Assembly (NCBI GenBank): GCA_051313645.2
Contig: JBNRSN020000133.1
Location: 558,001 to 622,000 of the forward strand
Length of the DNA stretch: 64,000 nt
Direction of reading: 5' to 3'
Origin: Centroscyllium fabricii
Lineage: Eukaryota
In this document: positions 48,931-62,320 of the stretch, piece by piece
Position numbering within the stretch: the stretch's first letter is position 1
Layout: every line of letters starts with the position of its first letter
Made by a program: the position numbers and the translations under genes
Notes under the pieces: model-generated
Database searches by the model: none
Told to the model about the DNA's origin: nothing
The model's input: only the letters and a program-made list of their open reading frames with translations

Positions 48931-50440
48931 TAGAATCATAGAAGGTAGGAGCAGGATTGGCCATTCGGCCCCTCGAGCCTGCTTCACCATACAATCAGAT
49001 CATATTAACATTGTAGATAGGAGCAGGATTAGCCATTCGGCCCGTCGAGCCTGCTCCACCATACAATCACAAAATATTAACATTGTGGATAGAAGCAGGA
49101 GTGGCCATTCGGCCCCTCGAGCCCACTCCGCCATTAAATCAGATCATATTAACATTGAATATAGGAGCAGGAGAAGGCCATTCGGCCCCTCGAGCCTGCT
49201 CCACCATACAATCAGATCATTTTAACACTGAAGATAGGAGCAGGAGTGGCCATTCGTCCCCGCGAGCCTGCTCCACCATTCAATCAGATCTTATTAACTT
49301 TGAATATAGGAGCAGGAGTGGCCATTCAGCCCCTCGAGCCTGCTCCGCCATTCGATGAGATCAAGGCTGATCATCCAAACTCAGTACGCCATACCTGCCT
49401 TCTCCCCATATCCCTTGATAACTTTAGCTCAAATAAATATATCTAACTCCCACTTGAACATATTTAATGACTTTGCCTCAACTACATTATGTGGCAGAAA
49501 ACATTCTGGGTGACGAAATTCTTCCTCATCTCTGTCCTAAATGCATTTTCCCTTATTCTTAGTCTGTGACTTATGGTTCTGGACTCCCCGACCATCGGAA
49601 CCTTTCTTCCTGCATCTAATTTGTCCAGACCTGCAAGAATTTAATAAGTATCGATGAGATTCCCTTTCATTCTTCTAAACTCCGGCGAGTACAAGTCTAA
49701 TCGACACAATCTCTCCTCATACATTATTCCCACCATCCCAGGTATCAGCCTGGTGAATCTTCGCTGAACCCCCTCCATGCCAAGAACATCCTTCCTCAGA
49801 TAAGGCGACAAAAACTGCACACAGTACTCAAGATGTGGTCTCACCAAGGCACTGTACAATTGCAGCAAGACATCCTTGTTCCTGTACTAAAACCCTCTCG
49901 CTATGAAGTCCAACATACCATTTGCCTTCTTCATCGCCTGCTGCACCTGCATGCTTACCTTCAGAGACTGGTGCGCAAGGACATCCAGATCTCGTTGCAC
50001 TTCCCCTTCTCCCAATCTATTGCCATTCAATTAATAACCTGCCTTCCAGTTTTTGACACCAAAGTGGATGACCTCACCTTTATCCACGTTATGTTGAATC
50101 TGCCACGTTCCTGCCCACTCACCCAACCTGTCCAAACCATCCTGAATTTTCTCGGTATCCTCCTCGGAGCACACACGCCCACCCAGCGTTGTGTCGACCC
50201 AGCTTTGTGTCGTCTGCAAACTTGGAGATATTACATCAAGTTCCCTTATCTAGATCATTAATGTATATTGTGAATAGCTGGGGTCCTCGGACCGATACCT
50301 GCGGTAGGCCACTAATCACTGCCTGCAACTCGGAAAAAGACCCGTTAATTTCTACTCTCTGATTTCTGTCCATCAACCAGTTAACTATCCAAGTCAATAT
50401 CTCGCCCCCAATCCCAGGTGCCTTAACTGTACACGCTAAT
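48931..50440 (-). mobile_element. CR1 fragment whose 3' tail is tandemly amplified (~72 bp x6, 48946-49360)
   Basis: LQLYSALVRPHLEYCVQF, and repeated taggagcaggagtggccattcggcccctcgagcctgctcc. Confidence 0.88.
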
Positions 50441-50706
50441 GGTTCAGTACCTCTGACAACATTTCAGGCAGCATCTGTCTCAAAGTGAGTCGAGGTTAAT
50501 GTGTAATCAGACCGTAGAGAATTTAGAAGAGCCGTTTGTGAACCATCTCAGTTCTGCAATTCCTCTGTGGATAATGGTTGTGAAAAGTGCCGAACGTATT
50601 TGGGAGCTTAAACGGACACAGCGTCATTTGGCGATCGACTAACAGTGGATCACTTAGTTGTATTGACGGGAAGCACCGACTGATGGATATTAAAATAATA
50701 GCGACC

Positions 50707-51930
50707 TATGCAGCAAGACCTGGACAACATTCAGACTTGGGCTGACAAATGGCAAGTAACAGGGCGGCACGGTGGCACAGTGGATAGCACTGCTGTCTCA
50801 CAGCACTGGAGACCCGGGTTCAAATCCAGCCTCGGGTACTATCTGTGTGGAGTTTGCACATTCTCCCCGTGTCTGCGTGGGTTTCCTCCAGGTGCTCCGG
50901 TTTCCTCCCACAGTCCAAAGATGTGCGGGTTAGGTTGATTGGCCATGATAAATTGACCCTTAGTGTTAGGGGGTTTGAATATGTGGGGTTACTGGGATAG
51001 GGTGGGATATGTATTGATGGAGGCTCGATAGGGATCGAGGGATATGGGCAGGGGTGGTGTGCTGGGTTGGGATGATCAGCCATGATCTCATTGAATGGCG
51101 GAGCAGGCTCGAAGGGCCGAATGGCCGACTCCTGCTCCTAGTTTCTATGTTTCTATGTTAACATTCGCACCACACAAGTGCCAGGCAATGACCGTCTCCA
51201 ACAAACGAGACTCTAACCATCTCCCCTTGACATCCAATGGCATTATCATCGCTGAATCCCCCACTCTCAACATCCATTGATCGGAAACTGAACTGGACTA
51301 GCCATATAAATACTGTGGCTACAAGAGCAGGCCAGAGGCTGGGAATTCTGCGGCGAGTGTCTCACCTCCTGACTCGCCGAAGCCTTTCCCCCATCTACAA
51401 GGCACAAGTCAGGAGAGTGATGGAGTACTCTCCACTTGCCTGAATGAGTGCAGCTCGAACAACACTCAAGAAGCACGACACCATTCAGGATAAAGCAGGC
51501 CGCTTGATTGGCACTCCATCCACCACCTTCAAAATTAACTCCCTCCACCACCGGCGCACTGTGGCTGCTGTTTGTACCATCTACAAGATGCACTCTAGCA
51601 ACTCACCAAAGAGGCTCCTTCAACAGCAACTTCCAAACCCGCGAACTCTACCACTTAGAAGGACAAAGGCAGCATACACATGGGAACAGCACCACCTACA
51701 AGTTCCCCTCCAAGCCACACACCTTCCTGACTTGGACCTATATCGCCGCTCCTGCACTGTCGCTGGGCCAATATCCTGGAACTCACTTCCTAAAAACATT
51801 GTGGGTGTATCTACACCATATGGACTGCAGCGGTTCAAGAAGGTAGCTCACCACCATCTTCTCAAGGGCAATTAGGGATGGGCAATAAATGCAGGCCTAG
51901 CCAGCCAGCGACACCCACATCCCATCAAAT
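50707..51930 (+). mobile_element. LINE 3' fragment with nested HE1 V-SINE (50762-51158)
   Basis: MQQDLDNIQTWADKWQV | SINE | TFAPHKCQAM...KLNWTSHINTVATRAGQRLGILRR. Short duplication TAACA flanks the SINE. Confidence 0.88.
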
Positions 51931-52009
51931 AATTAAAAAAATAGTTCACAGCATTGCAAGCGCATCATACACCATAGACAGAAACGAACATTTCCAATGT
52001 TTCTCGGTT

Positions 52010-52223
52010 CCAGTACTTGTATTATTCGGCTGTAGGTCGCATTCTGCCGACATGCTGCAGTTGGCTGGTCTGGGACCAGTGTTCAGTACTTGTATTATTC
52101 GGCTGTAGGTCGCATTCTGTCGACATGCTACAGTTAGCTGGTCTGAGACCAGTGCTCAGTATTTGTATTATTCGGCTGTAGCTCACAATCTGCCGACATG
52201 CTACAGTTGGCTGGTCTGGGACC
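52010..52223. repeat. ~73-bp tandem repeat x3
   Basis: cagtacttgtattattcggctgtaggtcgcattctgccgacatgct... repeated three times. Confidence 0.9.
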
Positions 52224-52429
52224 AGAGATCAGTTACGACTCAGTAACTTGCATTCTGCGAGCTGAATGCTATTTTGCAGCAAACTCACAACGCTTTGCAC
52301 CTAAAAGTTAGATCCTAAATAAGTGTTTGCAGTGAAAGACACACAGGTTAATCCAGAGAGTAACAACTGCTGTTGACAGTCCATCAACTGATTTAAATTC
52401 TGCTGAATTGATTAGTGTAAAATCGTTAA

Positions 52430-55400
52430 AATCCAATGCGATTTGGTCAGGTTGGGGGATTGGGCAGATACATGGCAAATTCACTATAATGTGGATAAAT
52501 GTGAGGTTATCCGCCTTGATGGCAAAAACAGGAGGGCAGATTATTATTTGAATGGCAATAGATTGGGAGATGGGGAAATGCAAATAGACCTGGGTGTTCT
52601 TGTGCACCAGTCACTGAAGGTAAGCATGCAGGTGCAACAGGCGGTTAAGTAGGCAAATGTTGGCCTTCATAGCAAGAGGGTTCGAATTATAGAACAAGGA
52701 TGTCTTGCTGCAGCTCTACAGGACTTTGGTGATACCACACCTCGAGCATTGTGTGCAGCTTTGGTCGCCTCAGCTGAGGAAGGATGTTCTTGCCATTGGA
52801 GGAGTGCAGCAAAGATTCACCAGGCTCATACCTGGGATGGCAAGAATGTCGTATGAGGAGAGTTTGAGGCGATTGGGCTTGTAATCACTGGAGTTCAGAC
52901 GATTGAGAGGGGATCTAATAGAAACCTATAAAATTCTGTCAGGCCTGGGCAGACTGGAGGCAGGAATGATGTTCCATATCGTCGGAGAGTCCAGAACGAG
53001 GGGCCTTAGTCGAAGGATAACGGGAAAGCCATTTAGGAAAGAGATGAGAGGGAATTTCTTCACCCAGAGAGTGGTGAACCTTTGAAATTATCTGCCACAG
53101 AGGGTGGGGGAGGCCGGTTCATTAATTATATTCAAGATGGAGTTGGATAATTTATTCAGGCTGAGGGGTTCAAGGCTTATGGGGACAAGGCAGGGACAGG
53201 GTACTGAATCTGATAGTTCAGTCATGATCTCATTGAATGGCGGGGCAGTCTCGAAGAGCCGAATTGCCTACCCCTGCTACTATCTTCTATGTTTCTATGT
53301 TACTATGTTATTAGTAAATGGATACTTTATGTGAGGCACAAATTGTGACTAACTTCTTAATTCTGATTGCCTGCAGACTTAAAAACATAAGTCATTATGA
53401 AAATTAGGGGTGAACCAGCCCCATGTTGAGCAGTTACACACCTGCCGCTAGAATCGACATATGTGGTCAGCTTTCCTCTGAACCATGCACAGTGAGTGGG
53501 TGGAGATGAGCAGCAAACAGGAAACTAAGAAATGTGCAATATAATGACAGCAAGACTGACATGTCCAAGAAGCTCCATATGTTTCATCATGTAAAATGAT
53601 CAGACCCTGCTGTGTGACACTGATGGGCGGTTTGGAGCATGCACTAATACAAAAAAGCAATGTTAAGTCATTACTTTTAAAGGGGGTGCAAAACCCAAAT
53701 ACCTGGAGATTCACACACAATAATTTGTGAAGTGGCAAAGCAAGTGGAGAATGCAGTTAATAAAACATATGGGTTTTTTGTTTTAATAATAGCGGTATAT
53801 TAAAAAAATGTTTATCCATTGAGGGGATATGGGCGTCGCTGGCTTGCTAGGCCTGAATTTAGTGCTCATCCCTAATTGCCTTTGAGAAGATGGTGGTGAG
53901 CCGCCATCTTGAACCGCTGCAGTCCATATGGTGTAGGTACACCCATAATGTTGTTAGGAAGGGAGTTCCAGGAATTTGGCCCAGCGACAGTGAAGGAGCG
54001 GTGATACAGGTCCAAGTCAGGATGGTGTGTTGCTTGGAGGGGAACTTTTATGTGGTGCTCTTCCCATGCATCAGCTGCCCTTGTCCTTCTAATTGGTAGA
54101 GGTCGCGGGTTTGGAAGGTGCTGTTGAAGGAGCTTTAGCGAGTTTCTGCAGTGCATCTTGTAGATGGCACACACTGCAGCCACAGTGCGCCGGTGGTGGA
54201 GGGAGTGACTGTTAAAGGTGGTGGATGGAGTGCCAATCAAGCGGCCTGCTTTATCCTGAATGGTGTCGAGCTTCTTGAGTGTTGTTGGAGCTGCACTCAT
54301 CCAGGCAAGTGGATATTATTCCATCACACTCCTGACCTGTGCCGTTCAGATGGTCAAAACGCTGTGGGGAGTCAGGAGATGAGACACTCGCCGCCGAATT
54401 ACCAGCCTCTGGCCTGCTCTTGTAGCCTAACCTCTGTCGTGGGTAAAATGATGTAATCCGTTATTTAGGAGACAGTAACAGGACATTTGGATAAAATTAA
54501 TTGAATAGAGCAACGTCAGCATGCTTTTACGAAGGTGAAGTCTTGTTTGACAAATTTATTGGAGTTCTTTGAGGAAGTAACATATAGGGATGATAAAGGG
54601 GAACCAGTGGACGTTTTATATCTAGATTTCAAAAGGCATTTGACAAGATTCCACACAAAGGATTACGGCTAAAATAAAAAATCACGGAATTAGGGGTAAT
54701 CTTCTGGCATGGATAGAGGATTGGCTATCTAACAGAAGGCAGAGAGTTGGGATACATGGGTCATTCTCAGACTGGCATTCGGTAACTAGTGGTGTTCCGC
54801 AGGGGTCAGTGCTGGGTCCACAACAATTTACAATTTATATTAACGATTTGGAGGAGGGGATCGAGTGTAACATATCAACGTTTGCATATGATACTAAGAT
54901 TGGAGGGAAAGTGGTTAATGAGGAGGGCATAAAGAACCTGCAGGGGGACATAGACAGGCTAAGTCAGTGCGCAGAGATTTGGCAGATGGAAAACAATACT
55001 GAAAAGCGTGAGGTTATGCATTTTGGCAGGAAAAATGGTAGAGCGGATTATTATCTTAATGGCAAGGAACTGGAAAGCACTGTGGTACAAAGGGATCTGG
55101 GGGTCCTGGTGCACGAAACACAAAAGGTTAGCATGAAGGTGCAGCAAGTAATTACGAAGGCCAATGAAATGTTGGCTTTCATTGTTTGGGGGATAGAATA
55201 TAAAAATAGGGAGGTATAGCTTCAATTATACAAGGTATTGGTGAGACCGCACCTGGAATACTGCATACAGTTTTGGTGTCCATACTTAAGAAAGGATATA
55301 CTCGCTCTCGAGCCAGTACAAAGAAGGTCCATTTGGTTAATCCCAGGGATGAGGTGTTGGACATATGAAGAGAGTTTGAGTTGATTGGGACTCTGCTCAT

Positions 55401-57030
55401 TGGAGTTCAGTAGAATGCCGGGAGATCTTATTGAAACAGATAAGATTGTGAATTGTTTGGATCGGGTGGATGCTGGGAAGATGTTCCCAATGATGGGTGA
55501 AACTAGAACTAGGGGGCATAAATTTAGAATAAGGGGCTGCTCTTTCTAAACTGAGATGAGGAGAAACTACTTAATTTAGAGGGTGGTAGGTCCAATGAAC
55601 ATGCTGCCCCAAAAAGCTGTAGAAGCTACATCATTACATAAATTTAAAACAGAAATAGACAGTTTCCTAGTCGTAAACGTGATTAAAGGTTACGGGGAGC
55701 CGGCAGGAATTTGGACATGAGTCCAGGTTCAGATATGTCATGGCCCTGTGGGTAGTTGAGCGGGCCCAGGGACCATGTAGCCTGATCCTGCTCCTATTGT
55801 GTGTGTTGAATTCTGTAAGATGCAGGAGATGCTTATGTGATAGTAGGTTGTTTGTTAGGATCAGATCAGCCATGATCTTATTGAATGGCAGGCCGGGCTC
55901 GAAGGGCCGCTCGGCCTACTCCTGCTCCTAATTCTTATGTTCTTAGCCACCCTATTTATATGGCTGGTCCAATTCAGTTTCTGATCAATGGTAACCCCCA
56001 GGATGTTCATAGTGGGTGATTCAGCGATGATAATGCCATTGAATGTCAATGGGAGATGGTTAGAGTCTCGCTTGTTGGAGATGGTCATTGCCTGGCACTT
56101 GTGTGGTGCGAATGGTACTTCCCACTTGTCTGCCCAAGTCTGAATGTTGTCCAGGTCTTGCTGCATATGGACACGGACTGCGTCAGTACCTGCCGAGTCT
56201 CGAATGGTGCTGAACAATGTGCATTCATCAGCGAACATCCCCACTTCTGACCTTATGATGGAGGGAAGGTCATTGATTAAACAGTTGAGGATGGTTGGGC
56301 CTAGGACACTGCCCTGAGGAACTCCTGCAGTGATATCCTCTGGTTGAGACGAATGACCTCCAACAACCACAGCCAACTTCCTTTGTGCTCGGTATGATTC
56401 CAACCAATGGAGAGTTTTCCCCTTGATTCCCATTGATTTCATAGAATACAAAAGCAAGGAAGTTATGCTAAATCTTTATAAGTCAGTTGTCAGGTCTAAG
56501 CTAGAGTATTATATCCACGTCTGGGCATCACACCTTAGAAAGGATGTCAATATCTTGAAGATGATGAAGAAGAGATTGATCAGAATGTTCCCAGGAAAGA
56601 GGGAATTCAGTTACGTGGAGAGAACAGAGAAGCTGCCATTGTTCCTCTTACAGCAATGACGGTCAGGGGGACATTTAATAAATGATTAGGTCTTTTGATA
56701 GGGTAGATAGGACTCAACCGTTTCCACTGGAAGGAAGGACGGTAATCGGAGGACACAGATTTAAGAAAATTGTCAAAAAAAAACAGTGGGGAGATGAGGT
56801 GATTTGCTTTTAACAGCGAGTTGTTGTGATTAGGAATGCAATGTCTGAAAGAGCGGTGGGAGTAGATTCAACAGTGACTTTCAAAAAGGAATGGATATGT
56901 AGTTGAATGAGTCCTTTACAGGACAATGGGGAGAGAGCAGGGTCGTGGGACTAATTGATCAGCTCTCTCAGAAAGCCGGCACAGCGACGATGGTGCAAAT
57001 GACCTCTTTCGGTGCAGAATGATTTTGTGA
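52430..57030. mobile_element. Nested LINE cluster: CR1 + (52430-53300), LINE - (53815-56440) interrupted by CR1 + (54429-55943), CR1 + (56440-57030)
   Basis: RT motifs GVPQGSVLGP on both strands. The minus LINE resumes after the insertion with a duplicated TAGCC. Confidence 0.82.
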
Positions 57031-58224
57031 TTCTATTAATATGATAAATATACTATTGTATGACTTGGCTTAGGATGAATTTACATGGATTACCGCCATT
57101 GCTTGTACTGTATTGGTATAAGGGATAGATTAGTGCAGCGGTTATTGGTTTGAGAATAGCGTGAATGTTGTTAGGAATGTAATCAATGATATCAGCCATG
57201 TTGAAAAGGCGACTAAAGAAAGACCTGCATTTATATATCACCTTTCTTGCAGGCCTACATCGCTTTCAAGCCGCTGAAGTACATTTTTCGAAATGTCTTG
57301 ATTTGGAAACAATCAGATTTGATATATCCATTGATGGGAAGTGGGCGTCGCTGGCTGGCTAGGCCTGCATTTGGTGCCCATCCCTAATTGCCCTTGCGAA
57401 GATGTTGGTGAGCCGCCTTCTTGAACTGCTGCAGTCCATATTATTTTTCGTAGCAGTTGCTTACAACTGAGTGGCTTGCTGGGCCATTTCAGAGGGCATT
57501 AAGAGTCAACCACATTGCTGTGGGTCTGGAGTCACATGTAGGCCAGACCAGGTAAGGACGGCAGATTTCCTTCCATAAAGAACATTAGTGAACCAGATGG
57601 GTTTTTACAAAAATCGACAATGATATCATGGTTGCCATTACTAAGACTAAAATTTAATTCCAAAATTAAATTAAATTTAATTTAAATTCCACCAGCTGCC
57701 GTGGTGTGATTTGAACCCATATCATCAGAACATTTGACTGAGCCGCTGGCTTACTCGTCTAGTGACATAACCACTACGCCACCGCCTCCCATAAGGCAGA
57801 GCAATCTCCCACAAACAGCAAAGAGACAAATGAACAGTTATGCTGCTTCAGTGATATTTGTTCAGGGATACAGTATGAGCTGGACCTCAGGGAGAACTCC
57901 CTTAGTCGTCTTCAAAATAATGCCACGGAATCTGTTACACCCACCTGAGCAAGCGGAGAAGGCCTCTGTTTGATGTCTCATCCGAAAGACCGCTCTTCAG
58001 ACAATGCAGCTTTCCCTCAGTACTGCACTGGAGGGTCAGCCGAGAGTATGTGCTGAAGTCTCCGGGTGGGACAAACAGGCTAGCCTTACCTGGGAACAGT
58101 CAGCTGCTTTAGTAACTCATCCGGTTATATTTCCCGGGATGTTATTCGTGGTGGGAATGATGTTAATGTCTTTTGGAGCGAAGGGATTGTTTTGTCAGCG
58201 ATATTCTTGTCATTCCTCTGCACC

Positions 58225-59023
58225 GGTGATTAGGGCCTGCCCGTGTCTCTGCCGCAATCTGTTGCAACCTCTCACATACACCTCCCCATCAACACTGAAC
58301 ACATCAGTGCTGACATGGCCCATCACTAAGTGCCCAGCAGGATGGTGATCAGGGCCTGGCCGCGTCTTTGCCGCAATCTGACCCAACCCCTCACATACCC
58401 CACCTCTCCAACCCTGAACACATCAGTGCCCACCTGGACCATCACGGAGTTCCCTGGAGGATGCTAAGCACTGGCCTGCCTCTACCCCAAACTGTTCCAA
58501 CCCCTCTCATACCCCTCCACATCAACACTGAACACATCAGTGCCCACCTGGCCCATCACTGAGTGCCCAGCAGGATGGTGATCACAGGCCTGCCACTGCC
58601 CCAATCTGTTCCACCCCCTCACATATCCCTCCACACCAACCCGGAACACAGCAGTGCCCACCTGGCCCATCACTGAGTGCCCAGCAGGATGTTGATCAGG
58701 GTCTGCCGTGTCTCTTCCACAATCTGTTCCAATCACTTACATGCCCCTCCCCATCAACCCGGAACACATCAGTGCCCACCTGGCCCATCACTGAGCTCCC
58801 TCCGGGATGGTGATCACTGACCTGCCTCTGCCCCTATCTATTCCAACACCTCACATGCCCCTCCCCATCAACCCGGAACACATCAGTGCTGACACGGACC
58901 ATCACTGAGTGTCAAGCAGGATGGTAATCACTCGCCTGCCGCTACCCCAATCTGTTCCAACACCTCACATACTCCTCCCCATCAACCCGGAACACATCAG
59001 TGCCCACCTGGCCCATCACTGAG
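58225..59023. repeat. ~116-bp tandem repeat, ~7 copies
   Basis: Recurrent gaacacatcagtgcccacctggcccatcactgagtgcccagcaggatggtgatca. Confidence 0.9.
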
Positions 59024-59474
59024 CGCCTTTCACTATAATACTTGGAACTCTAAAGCCAATTACGTAAACACAGCATCCACCTGCAAGTATTGTGGACCCT
59101 GTTGGATAACATATTCTCTGTATGAAACATTGTCCTTCAAGTGAAAAGTTCTTGAATGATATATTAAAAATAACTATATAGTTAACTGTAATCTCCAGGC
59201 TGTAGTTCAGCAGGATCAGTGACAATGTCAGTGATGATTAATTAAATGTGCGATTAGGATATAGTTGTTGCAGAATTTTAACATTAGATAATCCTGTCAG
59301 TGTTTTGTTCCGATGGGGAACTGGTACCCGTATCACTGAGAATGATGCACCCATGTGACCTCTTTTTATAATAAAATAACGATCTATTGCTTTAACGATG
59401 TAGAGATGATCAGAAATAAGCAGTTATTCTGTTTCGGTGGAGTGGCACAATCTCTCATCAGGGTCTAATGATGG

Positions 59475-62318
59475 TGGGTCTGGTTCAGACTGGGACAGGA
59501 GCTGCTCAGGGGAGTCTGGTTCACTCTGGGACAGAGACTGTTGAGTGAGGGTCTGGTTCAGTCTGGGACAGAGTCTGCTGAGTGAGTGTCTGGTTCATTC
59601 TGGGACAGGGGCTGGTGAGAGAATATCCTGTTCAATCTGGGAAAGTGATTCTGAGTGAGTGTCTGGTTCAGTCTGGGACAGGGGCTGCTGAGGGAGGGTC
59701 TTGTTCTGTCTGGGAAAGGGGCTGATGAGAGAATGTCCTGTTCAGTCTGGGACAGGGGCTGCTGAGGGAGGCTCTGATTCAGTCTGGGAAAGGGGCTGGT
59801 GAGGGAGAGTCTGGTTCAGTCAGGGAAAGTGATTCAGTGTGACGGTTTGGTTCATTCCGGGACAGGGTCTGCTGAGGTTATGGATCAATCTGGGCCAGGG
59901 ACTGAAGATGGTCTGTGTCAGTCTGGTACAGGGTCGGTTGTGGCTATGGGTTAGCACAGGACATGGACTGTTAAGGGTCCAGATTAGTCTGGGACAGGGA
60001 CTAGTGAGAGTCGGGGTCAGTCTACGACAGGGACTGTTGACGGTGGACAAGTCTGCGACAAGGATTAGCGAGGGTCTGGCTCACTCTGGATATTGTCTGG
60101 TGAGAGTCTGGGTCAGTCTGGGGCAGGGAGTGGTGAGGATATGGGTCAGCCTGGGACAGGGACTGGTGAGGGCTCGTGTCAGCCTGGGATATTGACTGGT
60201 GAGGGTCTGGGTCATGTTGAGACAGGGACTGGTGAGGGTCTGTGTCAGGCTGAGACTGGGACTGGTGAGAGTCTGGGTCAGTTTGGGACAGGGACTGGTG
60301 ACGGTTTGCTCACTCTGAGACTGGGACTGGTGGGCATCTGTCTGGGATACGGACCGGTGAGGTTCAGGGTCAGTCTGGGAGAGGGACTGGTGATTGTATG
60401 GGTCAGCCTGAACCAGGGACTGCTGAGGGTCTGCGTCAATCTGAAACAGGGACTGTTGTGGGTATTGGTCAGTCAGAAACAGGGACTGGTGAAGGTCTGG
60501 GTCAGTCTGAAACAGGGACTGGTGAGGGTCTGGGTCAGTCTGAAATAGGGAGTGGTGAGGGAAAGGCTCAGTCTCAAACAGGGACTGGTGAGGACCTGGG
60601 TCAGTCTAAAACAGGGACTGGTGAGTGTATGGGTCAGTCTGGGGCAGGGACTGGTGAGGGTCTGGTTCAGTCTGGGACAGGGACTGGTGAGGGTCTGGCT
60701 CAGTCTGTGACAAGGACTGGTGCGGGCTTGGTCAGTCTGAAACAGGAACTGGTGAGGATCTGTGTCAGCCTTTGACGGACTCGTGAGGGTATGGCTCAAA
60801 CTTAGACAGGGTCTGGTGAGGGTCTGGGTCAGTCTGAAACAGGGACTGGTGAGTGTATGGGTCAGTCTGAAACAGGGACTGTTGAGTTTATGGGTAAATC
60901 TGAAGCAGGGACTGGTGAGTGTGTGGGTCAGTCTGAAACAGGGACTGGTGAGTGTATGTGTCATTCTGAAGCAGGGGCTGTTGGGGGTCTGGGTCAGTCT
61001 GGGACAGGGACAGGTGAGCATATGTGTCAGTCTGAAACAGGGACTGCTGAGGGTCTGGGTTAGTCTGCAACAGGGACAGGTGAGTGTATGTGTTAGTCTG
61101 AAACAGGGACTGGTGAGTGTATGGGTCAGTCTGAAACAGGGACTGGTGAGGGTCTTGGTCATTCTGAAAAAGGGACTGGTGAGTGTATGGGTCAGTCTAA
61201 AACAGGGTCTGGTGAGGTTCTGGGTTAGTCTGAAACAGGGACAGGTGAGTGTATGGGTCACTCTGAAACAGGGATTGCTGAGGGTCTTGGTCAGTCTGAA
61301 ATAGGGACTGGTGAATTTATGGTCAAGTCTGAAGCAGGGACTGGTGAGTGTATGGGTCAGTCTTTAACAGGGACTGGTAAGTGTATGTGTCAGTCTGAAG
61401 CAGGGGCTGTTGGGGGTCTGGGTCATTCTGGGACAGGGACAGTGAGCGTATGTGTCAGTCTGAAACAGGGACTGCTGAGGGTCTTGGTCAGTCTGAAACA
61501 GGGACTGGTGAGTGTATGGGTCAGTCTGAAACAGGGACTGGTGAGGGTCTGGGTTAGTCTGAAACAGGGACAGGTGAGTGTATGTGTTAGTCTGAAACAG
61601 GGACTGGTGTGTGTATGGTTCAGTCTGAAACAGGGACTGGTGAGGGTCTGGGTTAGTCTGGGACAGGGACTGGTGATGGTCTGAATCAGTCAGGGATAGG
61701 GACTGTTGAGGGTATGGGTCAGTCTGAAACAGGGACTGGTGGTGTGTGGGTCATTCTGGTACAGGGACTGATGAGGGTATGCATCAGTCTGAAAAAGGGA
61801 CTGGTGAGGGACTGGGTCAGTCTAGGGTCGGGGGTGGTAAATGAGGGTCCGGGTCAGGTGCTGGTGAGTGAGGGTCTGGGTCCGTCTGGGACAAGGGTTT
61901 GTGAGTGAGAATTTGGTTCAGACTGGGACAGGTGCTAATGAGACAGGCTTATGCTCAGACTGGGACAGGGGCTGTTGCGGGAGGTTCAGGTTCAGACTGG
62001 GACAGGGGCTGGTGAGTGAGCGTCTGGTTCAGACTGGGACAGGGGCTGATTAGAAAGGCTCACGTTCAGACTTGGACAGGGGCTGGTGCGGGAGGGTCAG
62101 TTTCAGTCTGGGACAGGGCCTCGTGAGTGAGGGTCTGGTTCAGTTTGTGACACCAGCGTCTAAGTGAGGGCCTGGTTCACTCTGGGACAGGAACTGGTGA
62201 GTGAGGGTCTGGGCATGGACTGGTGAGGGAGGGTCTGGTTCAGTTTGGGACAAGGACTGGTGAATGAAGGTCTGCGACAGGCGCTGGTGAGTGAGGGCTT
62301 GGTTCAGTCTGGGACAGG
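59475..62318. repeat. 33-bp minisatellite, ~2.8 kb
   Basis: Unit gggtcagtctgaaacagggactggtgagggtct; 11-aa periodic ORFs. Confidence 0.95.
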
Positions 62319-62320
62319 TG

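Noticed and set aside
59820-62053. Long periodic ORFs
   Set aside because: Translation of the 33-bp minisatellite.
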